Shown: piece after piece, positions 1 through 8,924 of the stretch
Position numbering within the stretch: the first letter of the stretch is position 1
How the letters are laid out: each line of letters opens with the position of its first letter
Virus record (IMG/VR): IMGVR_UViG_3300032212_000035
Span: 1 to 43,154 of that record
Strand: one strand, 5' to 3'
DNA length: 43,154 nucleotides
DNA from: a virus
Taxonomy: Duplodnaviria > Caudoviricetes
Notes under the pieces: generated by a model
The model's input: the letters and a program-made list of their open reading frames with translations, nothing else
Databases searched by the model: none
What the model was told of the DNA's origin: nothing
Translations under genes and position numbers: made by a program

Positions 1-127
1 TGATTTAGTAAGTTGTCCCTTTACCTCCAAGGCTAAATCATTCGGGCTTAAATCATGACTTGATCCGTAGCCTTGTAGTTCTGTTGTTTCGGTTAACTGT
101 GTACCCCATATATACATACCGCCAGTG
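1..127 (+). repeat. 127-bp terminal direct repeat (circular assembly overlap), copy 1
   Basis: Identical to 43028-43154; length equals a common assembler k-mer; lies inside a gene. Confidence 0.95.
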
Positions 128-1092
128 CTTGGCGTATTCCAGGTTAGATGTGGTGATACAAGAAAAGTATCTGTAGAAGTAAATGCTGTAACAAATGCAT
201 TTGTTACTGAAAGCCTATACCAGCCATTAATAATTTCAGCCTGTGTCGTTGCAATAAGTGCAGCACCACCCGCAACCTTTGAACCAGGGCCAGGCACGCC
301 ATTAGTAAACACAAAACGCACTGCGATTGATTCTGCTGTCGTTGAATTAAGCATATTCAACGTGATTTCGCCGTTCCCAGCATCTTTAACATAAATTGAG
401 TGCGTTACAGTGTCCGTACCTGTGCTCACAGGGATATTAGTTTGTTGCACACGAGGGAAATTAACATTCCCCAGGCCTGTTATTTTATCGGCAGACCTTG
501 ATCCATTTGGTGCCAGTTCTATGTTATCCTCAATAACCACGTCATTAATTGACCATACAGCATTTACAAACTGCTCAGGATAGCTTAGTAAGTTTGGCGC
601 GCAGTATTCGATTATAGATATTGAAGTGATTTGCGCTGTTGTAGCTGCAACGTTATTTACAATCGTGATATGTGTTGTAGTGCTTTTTGCAGTGAATGCA
701 GATTCAAGATCAACCGCATCATTAGGGCCGACATACACATCTGACCCAGATGCAACTGTACCCAGAAATGCCAATGAGTTCCCAGAAATCTTATCAATGG
801 TTAATCTATATGTTCTGCCAATGACCGTTGTAAAACTGCTTTTTGCTCTTGCTGTTCCAGTGGAGTTTATTAAATCAATATAGCCACTTGCATTCCAGGC
901 AATTGAACCACCTGCATCACTTCCATCTGCCCACCCTGAAATATCACTAGTAAAATCTCCGTTTGTTTCTAATCTTGTCACCTGATCCGCATCACACCCA
1001 ACAACACCAGGCGTATTATCAACAAGCGAAGCTAAAGCCTCATTACCCAATAACTTTACGCCGGTTTTAGCTGTGAATTTTACCGCTGCCAT
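1..1092 (-). CDS. 5' part of distal-tail (Dit-like) protein with inserted carbohydrate-binding/LamG domains; continues across the origin to 42128 (~663 aa total)
   Basis: ATG at 1090-1092 overlaps the tape-measure stop (TAATG); frame reads MAAVKFTAKTG... and near the origin ...PSTGGMYIWGTQL..., in frame with the ORF 42128-43144; position between TMP and tail tip. Confidence 0.8.
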   Translation of the reverse strand, partial: MAAVKFTAKTGVKLLGNEALASLVDNTPGVVGCDADQVTRLETNGDFTSDISGWADGSDAGGSIAWNASGYIDLINSTGTARAKSSFTTVIGRTYRLTIDKISGNSLAFLGTVASGSDVYVGPNDAVDLESAFTAKSTTTHITIVNNVAATTAQITSISIIEYCAPNLLSYPEQFVNAVWSINDVVIEDNIELAPNGSRSADKITGLGNVNFPRVQQTNIPVSTGTDTVTHSIYVKDAGNGEITLNMLNSTTAESIAVRFVFTNGVPGPGSKVAGGAALIATTQAEIINGWYRLSVTNAFVTAFTSTDTFLVSPHLTWNTPSTGGMYIWGTQLTETTELQGYGSSHDLSPNDLALEVKGQLTKS

Positions 1093-3077
1093 TATGCTAC
1101 AAGCTCCTCAAACTGCCGTGAGTCTCTATTAATTATTGTTACATCGCGTTTTTCGATTGCTTCTGCTATTCCTGGTATTAACTCATCATCAATAAACTCT
1201 CTATTACCTAATACATTTCCCTGAATAATTAGCTGTAGAGATATACTTCCACTACTGTCACGGTTTTCTAATGGTATTGTTGGCACTGTTAACCCAGGAG
1301 CTGATGAACCAACCCCTGTTGATGCAGAGCTACTTGATACGCTCGGAATCGAACCGCCTCCTCCAAAGGTCTGACGCTTAATATTTTGAATTTGCACGGC
1401 ACCGGCTGCACCCTGTGCGATCGCCAGGGGCACATTAAATGGATAAGGGACAGAAGCCATGGTTTTGGTTATCGCCTCAGAGGTATTAATTAAGGCCGAG
1501 CTGATAGCCGCCACTTTGCCGATTTTAAACAGCTTTTTACTTTGCGCGCTCATTAACACAGTTAAGTTGCTTGCGATACCCGATATCGCTTGCTGTTTTA
1601 TCTGCTCAATGTTTTCTTCAGCATCGGCCCGGCGTTTTGAATCCGCCACAATTGCATCATTCTTAGCTATCTCATGGCGGATCGCCTCGGTTGCAACCGC
1701 CTGGTCAAATTTAGACTCCGTTAAAAACTTACGTTCACGGAATTCGCGCAACGAGACAATATTATTTTCATGGTACAGCCGCTCTGATTGTTCACGCGAT
1801 AAAAATGACTTTTGTAATTGTTGCTCTTCTGTTTGAAGGCGCTGTACAAACCGATCTGCTTCCGCATTACCTTGCTTATTGACCTTGTCTAGTTCTGCCA
1901 GGCGTTTTTTATTTTCAATCGCTTTGCGCGAGGTTTCAGCATCCGCTTCTGCCTGTGCACGTGCTGCAACCGCGCCTGCTTTGGCTTTTGCTTCCTGCTC
2001 TGAGGCTAAATCTATTTGTTTGCGTAACTCACCTGCACGGGTTTGTAATAGCGCTAATTCTTCACGGCGTTTTTCATTAAACGCTTCATTACCAACTATG
2101 CCGTTTTCAATTTCATGGTTTAAGGCGCGTAACAATTCACCTTGACGCTCAATATTATTCGCATACTGAGTCTGTATTGAGGGATCGATTTTCTCAGCGA
2201 CCCGGTCTAATCCCCGCGCCATCCTATTTAAAAATTCGGATGCCACCTGATTGGCACCGGTTGATTTTGAAAAACTCTCCAGTAAATTGGTCCAGGACTC
2301 AGACACCAGGTCAACCGAACCTTTTAATCCCTGACCTTCTGCAGCACCGGCGCCGCCCAACTGATTTTCTAAGGTTTCTAAAATAAGGCGTTGAGCATCC
2401 GCTTTATCGCCGGCCTCAACCATGGATTTGATCATGTCTTTTTGCGCGTCAGTAAACGACACGCCCGAACGCCGCAAGGCATTTAAACCGGTGACTGGAT
2501 CTTCCAATGCCTTAGCTAATTGCAAAGCGCTGTTTTTGATATTGGCCCCCATCACTGCCGCCATATCCTGCGACAAGCCAATGGTTCTCTCAAAGGTGTC
2601 TTCACTAATGCTTTTAAACGTCAGTAACACGCCCGCCGCTTCCCGTACATCACCCGCGCTGGCCAGGGTATCCCGACCGACCCGCTTCGCCATGTCATCG
2701 ATTTGATCTGCGGTTAACCCCGAAGCAAAGCCGGTCGCTTTAAGCAGGCCGTTGACTCGCATCATCTGCTGCTCATAATCCGCATAGGCCGACAACGATG
2801 CCGTTACGGCAGCGGTCGCTGCTGCCGTGACAATACCCAGAGATACAGTCAGCGGGTTCACTTCACCCAGCAATGAAGCAATTGAAGACAAGCGCCCAGC
2901 GGTACCGCCTAAAGGACCTTCAATAACCGCTGTACTTTGTGCTAGTCGCCTGAAACCTTTAGACGCGCCCGCGGTGTTGCTTTCGGTTTTTTTCAGACGC
3001 CTATTGAGCGCTTCAATATCTTTGCGCGTTTTGTCTTTTGTCTGAAACTCAAGCTTTACGACATTGTTGTTAGACAT
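1092..3077 (-). CDS. Tail tape measure protein
   Basis: 661 aa, Ala-rich helical/coiled-coil, lambda-H-like LAKALEDPVTGLNALRRSGVSF segment; follows tail assembly chaperones. Confidence 0.93.
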   Translation of the reverse strand: MSNNNVVKLEFQTKDKTRKDIEALNRRLKKTESNTAGASKGFRRLAQSTAVIEGPLGGTAGRLSSIASLLGEVNPLTVSLGIVTAAATAAVTASLSAYADYEQQMMRVNGLLKATGFASGLTADQIDDMAKRVGRDTLASAGDVREAAGVLLTFKSISEDTFERTIGLSQDMAAVMGANIKNSALQLAKALEDPVTGLNALRRSGVSFTDAQKDMIKSMVEAGDKADAQRLILETLENQLGGAGAAEGQGLKGSVDLVSESWTNLLESFSKSTGANQVASEFLNRMARGLDRVAEKIDPSIQTQYANNIERQGELLRALNHEIENGIVGNEAFNEKRREELALLQTRAGELRKQIDLASEQEAKAKAGAVAARAQAEADAETSRKAIENKKRLAELDKVNKQGNAEADRFVQRLQTEEQQLQKSFLSREQSERLYHENNIVSLREFRERKFLTESKFDQAVATEAIRHEIAKNDAIVADSKRRADAEENIEQIKQQAISGIASNLTVLMSAQSKKLFKIGKVAAISSALINTSEAITKTMASVPYPFNVPLAIAQGAAGAVQIQNIKRQTFGGGGSIPSVSSSSASTGVGSSAPGLTVPTIPLENRDSSGSISLQLIIQGNVLGNREFIDDELIPGIAEAIEKRDVTIINRDSRQFEELVA

Positions 3078-3355
3078 TGGTCTATATATTCCATCGCTTC
3101 GAGGTAATAGTGAGGCTGATCAACCAGCCCGCCCGTGGTCATTAAATTGCCGTTTTTATAATGTCGATACAACATTAAATAAAACCGAGTTTTCTGAGTA
3201 ATCATGGGCAACAAACAAATGTTTGTGCGGATCACATCTTTTATTTCAAACTTGGGGAAGGGCGCTGGATTGCGTTCATCACAGTGTTTGTGAGCGCAAG
3301 TCGAGCAATCAAAGTTTTTTGCGTTTGCGTTAACTTCAATTGCTATTCTGAGTTT
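3056..3355 (-). CDS. gpT-like extension of tail assembly chaperone (-1 frame)
   Basis: Open -1 frame from slippery site A AAA AAC (3352-3358): LRIAIEVNANAKNFDCSTCAHKHC...GGLVDQPHYYLEAMEYIDQCLTTMS*. Confidence 0.8.
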   Translation of the reverse strand, partial: KLRIAIEVNANAKNFDCSTCAHKHCDERNPAPFPKFEIKDVIRTNICLLPMITQKTRFYLMLYRHYKNGNLMTTGGLVDQPHYYLEAMEYIDQCLTTMS

Positions 3356-3666
3356 TTTCTTTCTGGCTCCATTAACTCAGAAATTCCATATATCTTTTCT
3401 GCGATTTCTCGCAATACTAATGGAGGAACCTGAGCTTTTGTGATTTTATTAAACGATATCGGTTTACCGCTTTCGTCATTAAAGTTATCCCAACCTATCA
3501 GACCATGCTCTATGAGTTTTACATAATCAACTTCATAGCCCGACACCGCATCCAAAAACTCAAGACCATTTAATGCTTTTATTTTGAATGTTGTTGGAGA
3601 TGCAGACTCACAATCTGATCGACAGATATACTCTTCCTCTATTACAGGTTTAATTGCTTGTACCAT
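3343..3666 (-). CDS. Tail assembly chaperone (gpG-like)
   Basis: Between tail tube and TMP; GLIGWDNF motif; ends in a slippery sequence. Confidence 0.8.
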   Translation of the reverse strand: MVQAIKPVIEEEYICRSDCESASPTTFKIKALNGLEFLDAVSGYEVDYVKLIEHGLIGWDNFNDESGKPISFNKITKAQVPPLVLREIAEKIYGISELMEPERKNSE

Positions 3667-3675
3667 GATCGATCC

Positions 3676-4611
3676 TTAAGTAAATATAATGGTTATTTCA
3701 TCATCACCGGCACTTTCAACAGCACCATATGGTATGTCATACGTTCTTATACCGTCTCGATCACCTGGTGTAATATCACGATAATATATAGCGGGCATTT
3801 GTACCTGATACCTATTTCCTGCGGTGCTGCCTATCACGCCTGTATCCATTAACATTTTTGTGCCAGATGTAAAATCACCTATAAAATCATTTTCCGCAAC
3901 CGAGGTCATTAAAGGATCAATAGTACCGTTAACATCACGATTTGTTATTGATACCTCCCCGTAACCATTGACCGCTGAAATTTGAGCTGGTGTAGTGACC
4001 TCTATGCCCATATCAATCGATATCGCATTCACTGCCGCAGAAAACCCACCTACTGTGAAATTAACACCCAGCAACGCGGGTGGTAGTGTCTGATCAAACA
4101 CAGCAGAAGCTGGAGCTGCCGCATCTGTTGGGTTTGATGAATGCCCTGTAAATGTGAAAGACAGCACACCATAATTACCGGTTTCTAAATTACCGGTAAC
4201 CGTACCTCGACACCCTGTTAATTTATGCACTAGCCCTTCATGGTAGAAATAAATCGTGCCTGATTCTTGTGTACTCGAGTCTGACACTACGTCATAGGTG
4301 ACTGATACACCTACTGCAATAGTTTCGGACATTGCGCACATACGCAGTAACACGCCAATTTCAGGCGGTGTACCCGCAACACCTGACCCCTTTAATTCAA
4401 CGTCAAAAGTAACGGACTTTAATGCACCCGCATAGACTTGTTGTTCTTTGCCAAGCGTTGGCTTTAACACATCGCGCTCTATCATGCGCAAGCCTTCATT
4501 AGACCATGACGCTGATTGAACTAGCACAGCATCACTTGCAGGTACTGGCAACGAATCAACACCATAACTCGTTTCAATCTTGGCCAGAATCACTTCACGA
4601 TTAAGCAGCAT
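3676..4611 (-). CDS. Major tail tube protein
   Basis: 311 aa; N-terminal ILAKIETSYGVD typical of tail tube proteins; synteny. Confidence 0.85.
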   Translation of the reverse strand: MLLNREVILAKIETSYGVDSLPVPASDAVLVQSASWSNEGLRMIERDVLKPTLGKEQQVYAGALKSVTFDVELKGSGVAGTPPEIGVLLRMCAMSETIAVGVSVTYDVVSDSSTQESGTIYFYHEGLVHKLTGCRGTVTGNLETGNYGVLSFTFTGHSSNPTDAAAPASAVFDQTLPPALLGVNFTVGGFSAAVNAISIDMGIEVTTPAQISAVNGYGEVSITNRDVNGTIDPLMTSVAENDFIGDFTSGTKMLMDTGVIGSTAGNRYQVQMPAIYYRDITPGDRDGIRTYDIPYGAVESAGDDEITIIFT

Positions 4612-4720
4612 TGTTTTTCACCTTTTTTGTATCTTTAGATTTAGTTTCAACCGGCGCGTCTTTTGGTTTTTCAACCACAGTCGAGCCGCCCTTGCGTACC
4701 TTAAGCGCTTTCTTTTTCAT
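4601..4720 (-). CDS. Small Lys-rich hypothetical protein (39 aa)
   Basis: MKKKALKVRKGGSTVVEKPKDAPVETKSKDTKKVKNNAA* fills the gap between the tail terminator and tube genes. Confidence 0.55.
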   Translation of the reverse strand: MKKKALKVRKGGSTVVEKPKDAPVETKSKDTKKVKNNAA

Positions 4721-4721
4721 G

Positions 4722-5156
4722 CTATGCCCCTGGATTCGTTAACGAATGCCGATATTTAATGTCAAAGTTCATGACTTGGCGCCCCACCTTTTGATCAATC
4801 TCCACAGATAACTCGGGATCATCATCGCCGGTCGGTATTGTGTCTAAAACAATACTGGATAGGCCCTGCGTTCTATCCGCCATGAGCGCAATAAAAACCT
4901 CCTGGCGAATCTGGTTTAATTCAGTGTCAAATTGCGCGCCGGTTTTTACATGCGCAATCACACGAACATTTAACAGGCGATCAATAAACGCCGTGTTATT
5001 GACGCCATCTGATAATTGGTCTGCGCCCTGCTCAAGTGTTAATGCAGGCGTCACGGTGACCGGTTGACCGCGCCCCCGTTCCACATTGGTCCCGGTAGCG
5101 GTTAAATTCTGTAGTTGTGCAAACAAGGTTTGCATGATGGTTTCAGCGTGATGCAT
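4722..5156 (-). CDS. Tail terminator/completion protein (gpU-like)
   Basis: 144 aa, position immediately before tail tube. Confidence 0.7.
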   Translation of the reverse strand: MHHAETIMQTLFAQLQNLTATGTNVERGRGQPVTVTPALTLEQGADQLSDGVNNTAFIDRLLNVRVIAHVKTGAQFDTELNQIRQEVFIALMADRTQGLSSIVLDTIPTGDDDPELSVEIDQKVGRQVMNFDIKYRHSLTNPGA

Positions 5157-5159
5157 TAT

Positions 5160-5462
5160 TTACACTGCCTCTAACACGAGAACCGTCATACCATCCCCGC
5201 CGTCCTGTATGTTTTGGATTGTGAATTGCGCCGCATTGATTAAGATTGATGTGCCACGACTCACTTGCGGTGTAATTAACTCAAGCTGTGAAGTTACACA
5301 GGTAAATAACGGCAAAAACCCAGCTACATCCAATGCCTCGATGTAGTCCTTGCTAAATATTCCAGCAACACTTGCAGCATTAATCGTTGCTGTAGCATTC
5401 GACAAATGATCAATCGCATTTACCGCCGTTAGCTCATCAAGTGCGTCGCCTTTTTTGGGCAT
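5160..5462 (-). CDS. Head-tail joining (head closure, gpFII-like) protein
   Basis: 100 aa; C-terminal QDGGDGMTVLVLE motif; synteny. Confidence 0.75.
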   Translation of the reverse strand: MPKKGDALDELTAVNAIDHLSNATATINAASVAGIFSKDYIEALDVAGFLPLFTCVTSQLELITPQVSRGTSILINAAQFTIQNIQDGGDGMTVLVLEAV

Positions 5463-5544
5463 GAATTTTCCTGTTTAGATTAACAACATAAAAAAACTGT
5501 CTATTTATAAAAACAGATCACTTTTTTATATTATCGCTGGACAT

Positions 5545-5575
5545 AAAAAAGCCCCGGACAATGCCGAGGCTTTTT
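5545..5575. terminator. Intrinsic terminator between head and tail genes
   Basis: aaaaaaGCCCCGG-acaatg-CCGAGGCttttt hairpin with A/T runs on both sides. Confidence 0.75.
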
Positions 5576-5596
5576 CTATTTTCTTTTAAACCAAAT

Positions 5597-5995
5597 CTAC
5601 ATGGCTGAAAGAATATCCCACAGTTCATCTCGCTGATCTGCAGTCACAACAATACCCAGTTCTTTAAGTGCAGGTACTTCTGGCTTTTTGTCAGTCGTCC
5701 AGTGCTTTTCGTTATTGCTATCAAGCTTCTCAACCGCTTTATTAAATGCCACCAGCTGAGTGGCACTTACCGGCTTAGGCTCATTGCTTTCTGCGGTTTT
5801 TACAACAGAGCCATCACCAGGTGTAAGCACGCCACTATCAACCAGTTTGTCGAACTCTTTTGCAGCAATGCCGTAAGCTTTCGCCTCATCTTTGTCGATA
5901 TGAGTAATGTCGGTGTCTTCACCGATATACAGAAATTTGGATTTTTTGTCTTTACTGACACAAAGACTGCCGTTTATTTTATATTGCTTTGCCAT
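5597..5995 (-). CDS. Hypothetical protein after capsid (gpFI-position packaging helper)
   Basis: 132 aa; HWTTDKKPEVPALKE motif; directly follows major capsid. Confidence 0.6.
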   Translation of the reverse strand: MAKQYKINGSLCVSKDKKSKFLYIGEDTDITHIDKDEAKAYGIAAKEFDKLVDSGVLTPGDGSVVKTAESNEPKPVSATQLVAFNKAVEKLDSNNEKHWTTDKKPEVPALKELGIVVTADQRDELWDILSAM

Positions 5996-6060
5996 AATTG
6001 TTTTACTCTTGTTAGTTTTTTGAACTGGCAGAGCGATTGCTCTGCCATTAAACGCAATTA

Positions 6061-7065
6061 TTAAATAGTAGTAACAGCGACAACCGCATCGGGTCGTTTG
6101 GGCACTAACAATGGAGCCGATTGAGTCATTACGTATTCAGCTGCCGGATCTTGATTGACCCAGTTTTTAGGGAACAATTCCAGCGCCTGGTAACCCGCTT
6201 CTGGATCAAGAATTGCACCAAATGCCTGAACACCTTCAACTGCCGCTGATACACCAACAACCGTGTTAGCTGGAATATATAACTGCTTAACACCCAACTC
6301 ATCAGTGTAATAACCGGTGTAAACCCAAATACGAAACGAGCCAAGCATGCCCTTATATGACACCCATTTAGCATTATCAGGACCGAGTTCTATGTTGCTC
6401 TCAGAGCCACGGCGCGTTTCAAGCAATGCTTTCACCTCTGGAAACAGAATTAAATTTTTCCAGGACTCAGCATCCATAATAAAATCTGTGATCGGAGCCT
6501 CTGACTGCGCGTTCCAGCTTTCCATTTGATCCAGTGGCTTTGCATTTGCATCTGTCCAAACATTTAAACCTGCCAGTTGAATCGTGTTACCTGCATCACG
6601 TTGAAAATCCACTTCCACTTCTGGATAATCTTCACCTGAAACCGTAACCTTACCCAGGAGCAACGCCTGCGCCGCCATCCATTCAAGGCGACGAAAAATC
6701 TTTTTACGCTGCTCACTCAGGTTATGCGCAATAATTGCATTACGTCGATTGACATTAGCCAGGCCTCCACCAATCTGCTCGCCTGCGGCGCGTGTTATCA
6801 CCTGTTCAGGGTCAATTACATTTTTCGGCTTAAGATAGGCTGGTTTAAATTTTCGCGTACTATAGCCATTGGCTTTGTCCGCCTTACCTGAAACCATTGG
6901 TGAAACAAATGCCGCCAGCCCTGTGTCGGGTGCTACCACGTCAATGTCGATAGTTGAGGAACCAAAGGTAATAACCTCAGGAAAAAACATGCTTAATAAA
7001 AATGTTTCAAACGGATCAAGCCCGTTAACTACACCGATAAGCGTCTCGGTATCATATGTATTCAT
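6061..7065 (-). CDS. Major capsid protein (lambda gpE family)
   Basis: 334 aa; LAAFVSPMVSGK, FKPAYLKPK, RRLEWMAAQAL, MTQSAPL motifs. Confidence 0.95.
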   Translation of the reverse strand: MNTYDTETLIGVVNGLDPFETFLLSMFFPEVITFGSSTIDIDVVAPDTGLAAFVSPMVSGKADKANGYSTRKFKPAYLKPKNVIDPEQVITRAAGEQIGGGLANVNRRNAIIAHNLSEQRKKIFRRLEWMAAQALLLGKVTVSGEDYPEVEVDFQRDAGNTIQLAGLNVWTDANAKPLDQMESWNAQSEAPITDFIMDAESWKNLILFPEVKALLETRRGSESNIELGPDNAKWVSYKGMLGSFRIWVYTGYYTDELGVKQLYIPANTVVGVSAAVEGVQAFGAILDPEAGYQALELFPKNWVNQDPAAEYVMTQSAPLLVPKRPDAVVAVTTI

Positions 7066-7121
7066 AACTTTATTCCTGTATTAATTTAGTGCTTTAATTA
7101 ACAATCGCTAACCGAAAAACC

Positions 7122-7487
7122 TTATCGAAGAACGATAGCGGTACCGTCAAACGCAGCGTCTTTTTCTGGATCGGTATCAAAGCTCGCATGCCAGGTCATT
7201 TCCGATTTGCGGAAAGCGCCTGCTTTATAAATCACGCAAGCTTTATCTGCTGCCGTTGCATCAACAGCATGAACCATGATCCCGACCGGGGTTTGACTAC
7301 CATCAATGGCGGCGTTGTTACATTCCGTCAACTTTCCGCTGAGCGCGATACGACCAACCACTGCACCGCGAATCAGGTTTTGCCCCAGAATTAATATGCC
7401 AGGCTCATTCGCAATAGCAGGCGTATTGCTCGCAATTAAATTATCGTTAACGTGGACATCCACGATGGATTCTGCAAGTGGGCTCAT
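7122..7487 (-). CDS. Head decoration protein (gpD-like)
   Basis: 121 aa between protease and capsid; GQNLIRGAVVG...DGSQTPVGI motif. Confidence 0.9.
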   Translation of the reverse strand: MSPLAESIVDVHVNDNLIASNTPAIANEPGILILGQNLIRGAVVGRIALSGKLTECNNAAIDGSQTPVGIMVHAVDATAADKACVIYKAGAFRKSEMTWHASFDTDPEKDAAFDGTAIVLR

Positions 7488-7541
7488 AAGCCTATCTCCT
7501 GTATTAGATTAAATTTTAAAGTTAAATAGTAAAATTAAGAC

Positions 7542-7967
7542 TTACGATCTTTTTCCACGTGCTGAATTAAAATCGCCAAGTATTTTTTGAGCATCTGACA
7601 TTTCTGTATCACCATGGCCACCTTCAGCAGTCACACCCGTTTTGCCGACCTGTTCCATGGCTGCATCAAGTTTTGATGCGTCCTTTGCTGACACAGGCAG
7701 GTCTTCTAATGTAGCGATCACGTCTGCAGCGCTCATATCCGTCCCTGTTGCTAAGCGCACCGCGGCTTTCTCGCGTCCTTTCGCGGCATCACTTTCCATG
7801 ATGGCAGCAAATCGTTTATTGGCCGCAGCTGTTTGGTCACTACCTGAAACAGCCCTCTTACCTTTATCGGTTTCAACCGTTTCAGTTTCGTTGACGATAT
7901 CGGCATTGGTGTTCGTGCCGCCCTGATCTTCTGCCGAAGCATTCGGCTTTTCTTCTTTTTCACTCAT
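7542..7967 (-). CDS. Nested in-frame scaffolding protein (Nu3-like)
   Basis: Internal ATG (MSEKEEK...) preceded by GGAGA Shine-Dalgarno, as in lambda C/Nu3. Confidence 0.65.
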   Translation of the reverse strand: MSEKEEKPNASAEDQGGTNTNADIVNETETVETDKGKRAVSGSDQTAAANKRFAAIMESDAAKGREKAAVRLATGTDMSAADVIATLEDLPVSAKDASKLDAAMEQVGKTGVTAEGGHGDTEMSDAQKILGDFNSARGKRS

Positions 7968-8861
7968 CGCTTGTTTCTCCAGCGTAGTGGTTGATGTTGA
8001 GTACGGGCGACCCGTACCGTATTGAGATTTCATATCTTCAAGCAGCTGGTCACCCGTCGTTACCGCTTCCGCCAGGCCTATATCAACTGCATCTGCACCC
8101 AGGTACACTGCAGCTTGCGTATCAATTATTTCCTGCTCAGTTAAATGCGTATTGCGAACCATGGCTGCGGTAAACATGCCGTATAGCTGTTGAACTTCGG
8201 CTTGAAACATGGCCAACACTTGCGCGCTTAATGGCGCATCTGGATTACCGTCAACTTTTCGATCGCCTGCATAAATGTAGGTAGGATTTATTCCGGCTTC
8301 GGCATTCTGCTGAGAAACATCCACGTGCTTCATAACAACGCCGATTGAACCGATTTGACCGGTTTGAGTGGTATACACTTTTTCAGCGCTTGACCCGATC
8401 AAGATCCCTGCAGAACATAAGCAATCAGATGCAAGCGTGTACACGGGCTTAACCCCACGAGCTGAGAAAATCAAATCTGAAAAATCAAATGCACCACTAA
8501 CACCACCACCCGGTGTATCACCATTTATAAAAATCGCTTTAACCTGCGGGTCATTCATGGCGCGTTTAAATCGACGTGAAAGCGAGGTATAACCAACAAC
8601 ACCTGACATGGCCTGCATAAAACCGGCACGATTCACCATCGTGCCGATCATATTGATAATCGCGACACCACCATCGAGGTAATAACCATTGTCACTTAAT
8701 ACCGCCGTGTCGGATGGCACAAACGCCATCGGCTTTGGCTGGTCTGGCACTTGAATATCAAACCCCTGCCGACTCATCACATAAGCCGACATCGCATCGA
8801 GGCGCCCGGCTTCAACGAGATGAGGCCGATTAAATAACTCAGTCGCTATGAGTTCATACAT
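7542..8861 (-). CDS. Prohead protease, S49 family (gpC-like)
   Basis: DTPGG, CSAG, QIGSIGVV, YAGDRKVDGNP motifs; low-complexity scaffold-like C-terminus. Confidence 0.93.
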   Translation of the reverse strand: MYELIATELFNRPHLVEAGRLDAMSAYVMSRQGFDIQVPDQPKPMAFVPSDTAVLSDNGYYLDGGVAIINMIGTMVNRAGFMQAMSGVVGYTSLSRRFKRAMNDPQVKAIFINGDTPGGGVSGAFDFSDLIFSARGVKPVYTLASDCLCSAGILIGSSAEKVYTTQTGQIGSIGVVMKHVDVSQQNAEAGINPTYIYAGDRKVDGNPDAPLSAQVLAMFQAEVQQLYGMFTAAMVRNTHLTEQEIIDTQAAVYLGADAVDIGLAEAVTTGDQLLEDMKSQYGTGRPYSTSTTTLEKQAMSEKEEKPNASAEDQGGTNTNADIVNETETVETDKGKRAVSGSDQTAAANKRFAAIMESDAAKGREKAAVRLATGTDMSAADVIATLEDLPVSAKDASKLDAAMEQVGKTGVTAEGGHGDTEMSDAQKILGDFNSARGKRS

Positions 8862-8924
8862 TTTTAAAACTCCAATAAAAAAGACGCTAAAAGCGCCTTT
8901 CTGTGTATTTAATTTGTTAGCTGA

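Noticed and set aside
1-127. Biological direct terminal repeat
   Set aside because: Length matches an assembler k-mer, it interrupts a gene, and a cos-like site exists elsewhere
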